DNA of 64,000 bases from assembly GCA_963924565.1 (NCBI GenBank), contig OZ004607.1, forward strand, positions 28,582,001-28,646,000, written 5' to 3'. Positions 63,981-64,000 of this stretch are shown here, one piece after another. This DNA comes from Ascidiella aspersa (lineage: Eukaryota). The translations under genes and the position numbers were made by a program. Each line of letters starts with the position of its first letter. Position 1 is the stretch's first letter. Below the pieces are notes generated by a model that searched no databases, had not been told where the DNA came from, and saw only the letters and a program-made list of their open reading frames with translations.

Positions 63981-64000
63981 CTAAAGTAGACAAATACTAA

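Overview
Intron-rich eukaryotic (animal) DNA, so almost all ORFs in the supplied track are spurious or exon fragments. Gene content, compact GT-AG introns and repeat style suggest an invertebrate chordate such as an ascidian (inference). Bases 1-30 kb hold no recognisable protein domain: CpG-rich patches alternate with AT-rich spacers and MITE remnants, and two candidate alternative first exons lie at 24.6 and 26.4 kb. Then follow a 12-exon ANKS1-like (SAM-SAM-PTB) segment on + (30175-41213), SSR2/TRAP-beta on + (45717-47004), a CIB2/3-like gene on - (47866-50607), a complete 13-exon SLC5A8/12-like sodium:solute symporter on - (54108-61410) and the 3' part of a tandem paralogue (62086-63980). 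The most unusual structure is at 42.4-43.2 kb: a fold-back Penelope-like element relic with inverted pLTRs, each carrying a minimal hammerhead-ribozyme motif with a different core mutation. At an internal junction it holds an exact 33-bp copy of the neighbouring SSR2 coding exon. A third hammerhead-like motif sits in an ANKS1 intron. All calls were made by eye; I cannot show that any of this is a wholly new system.
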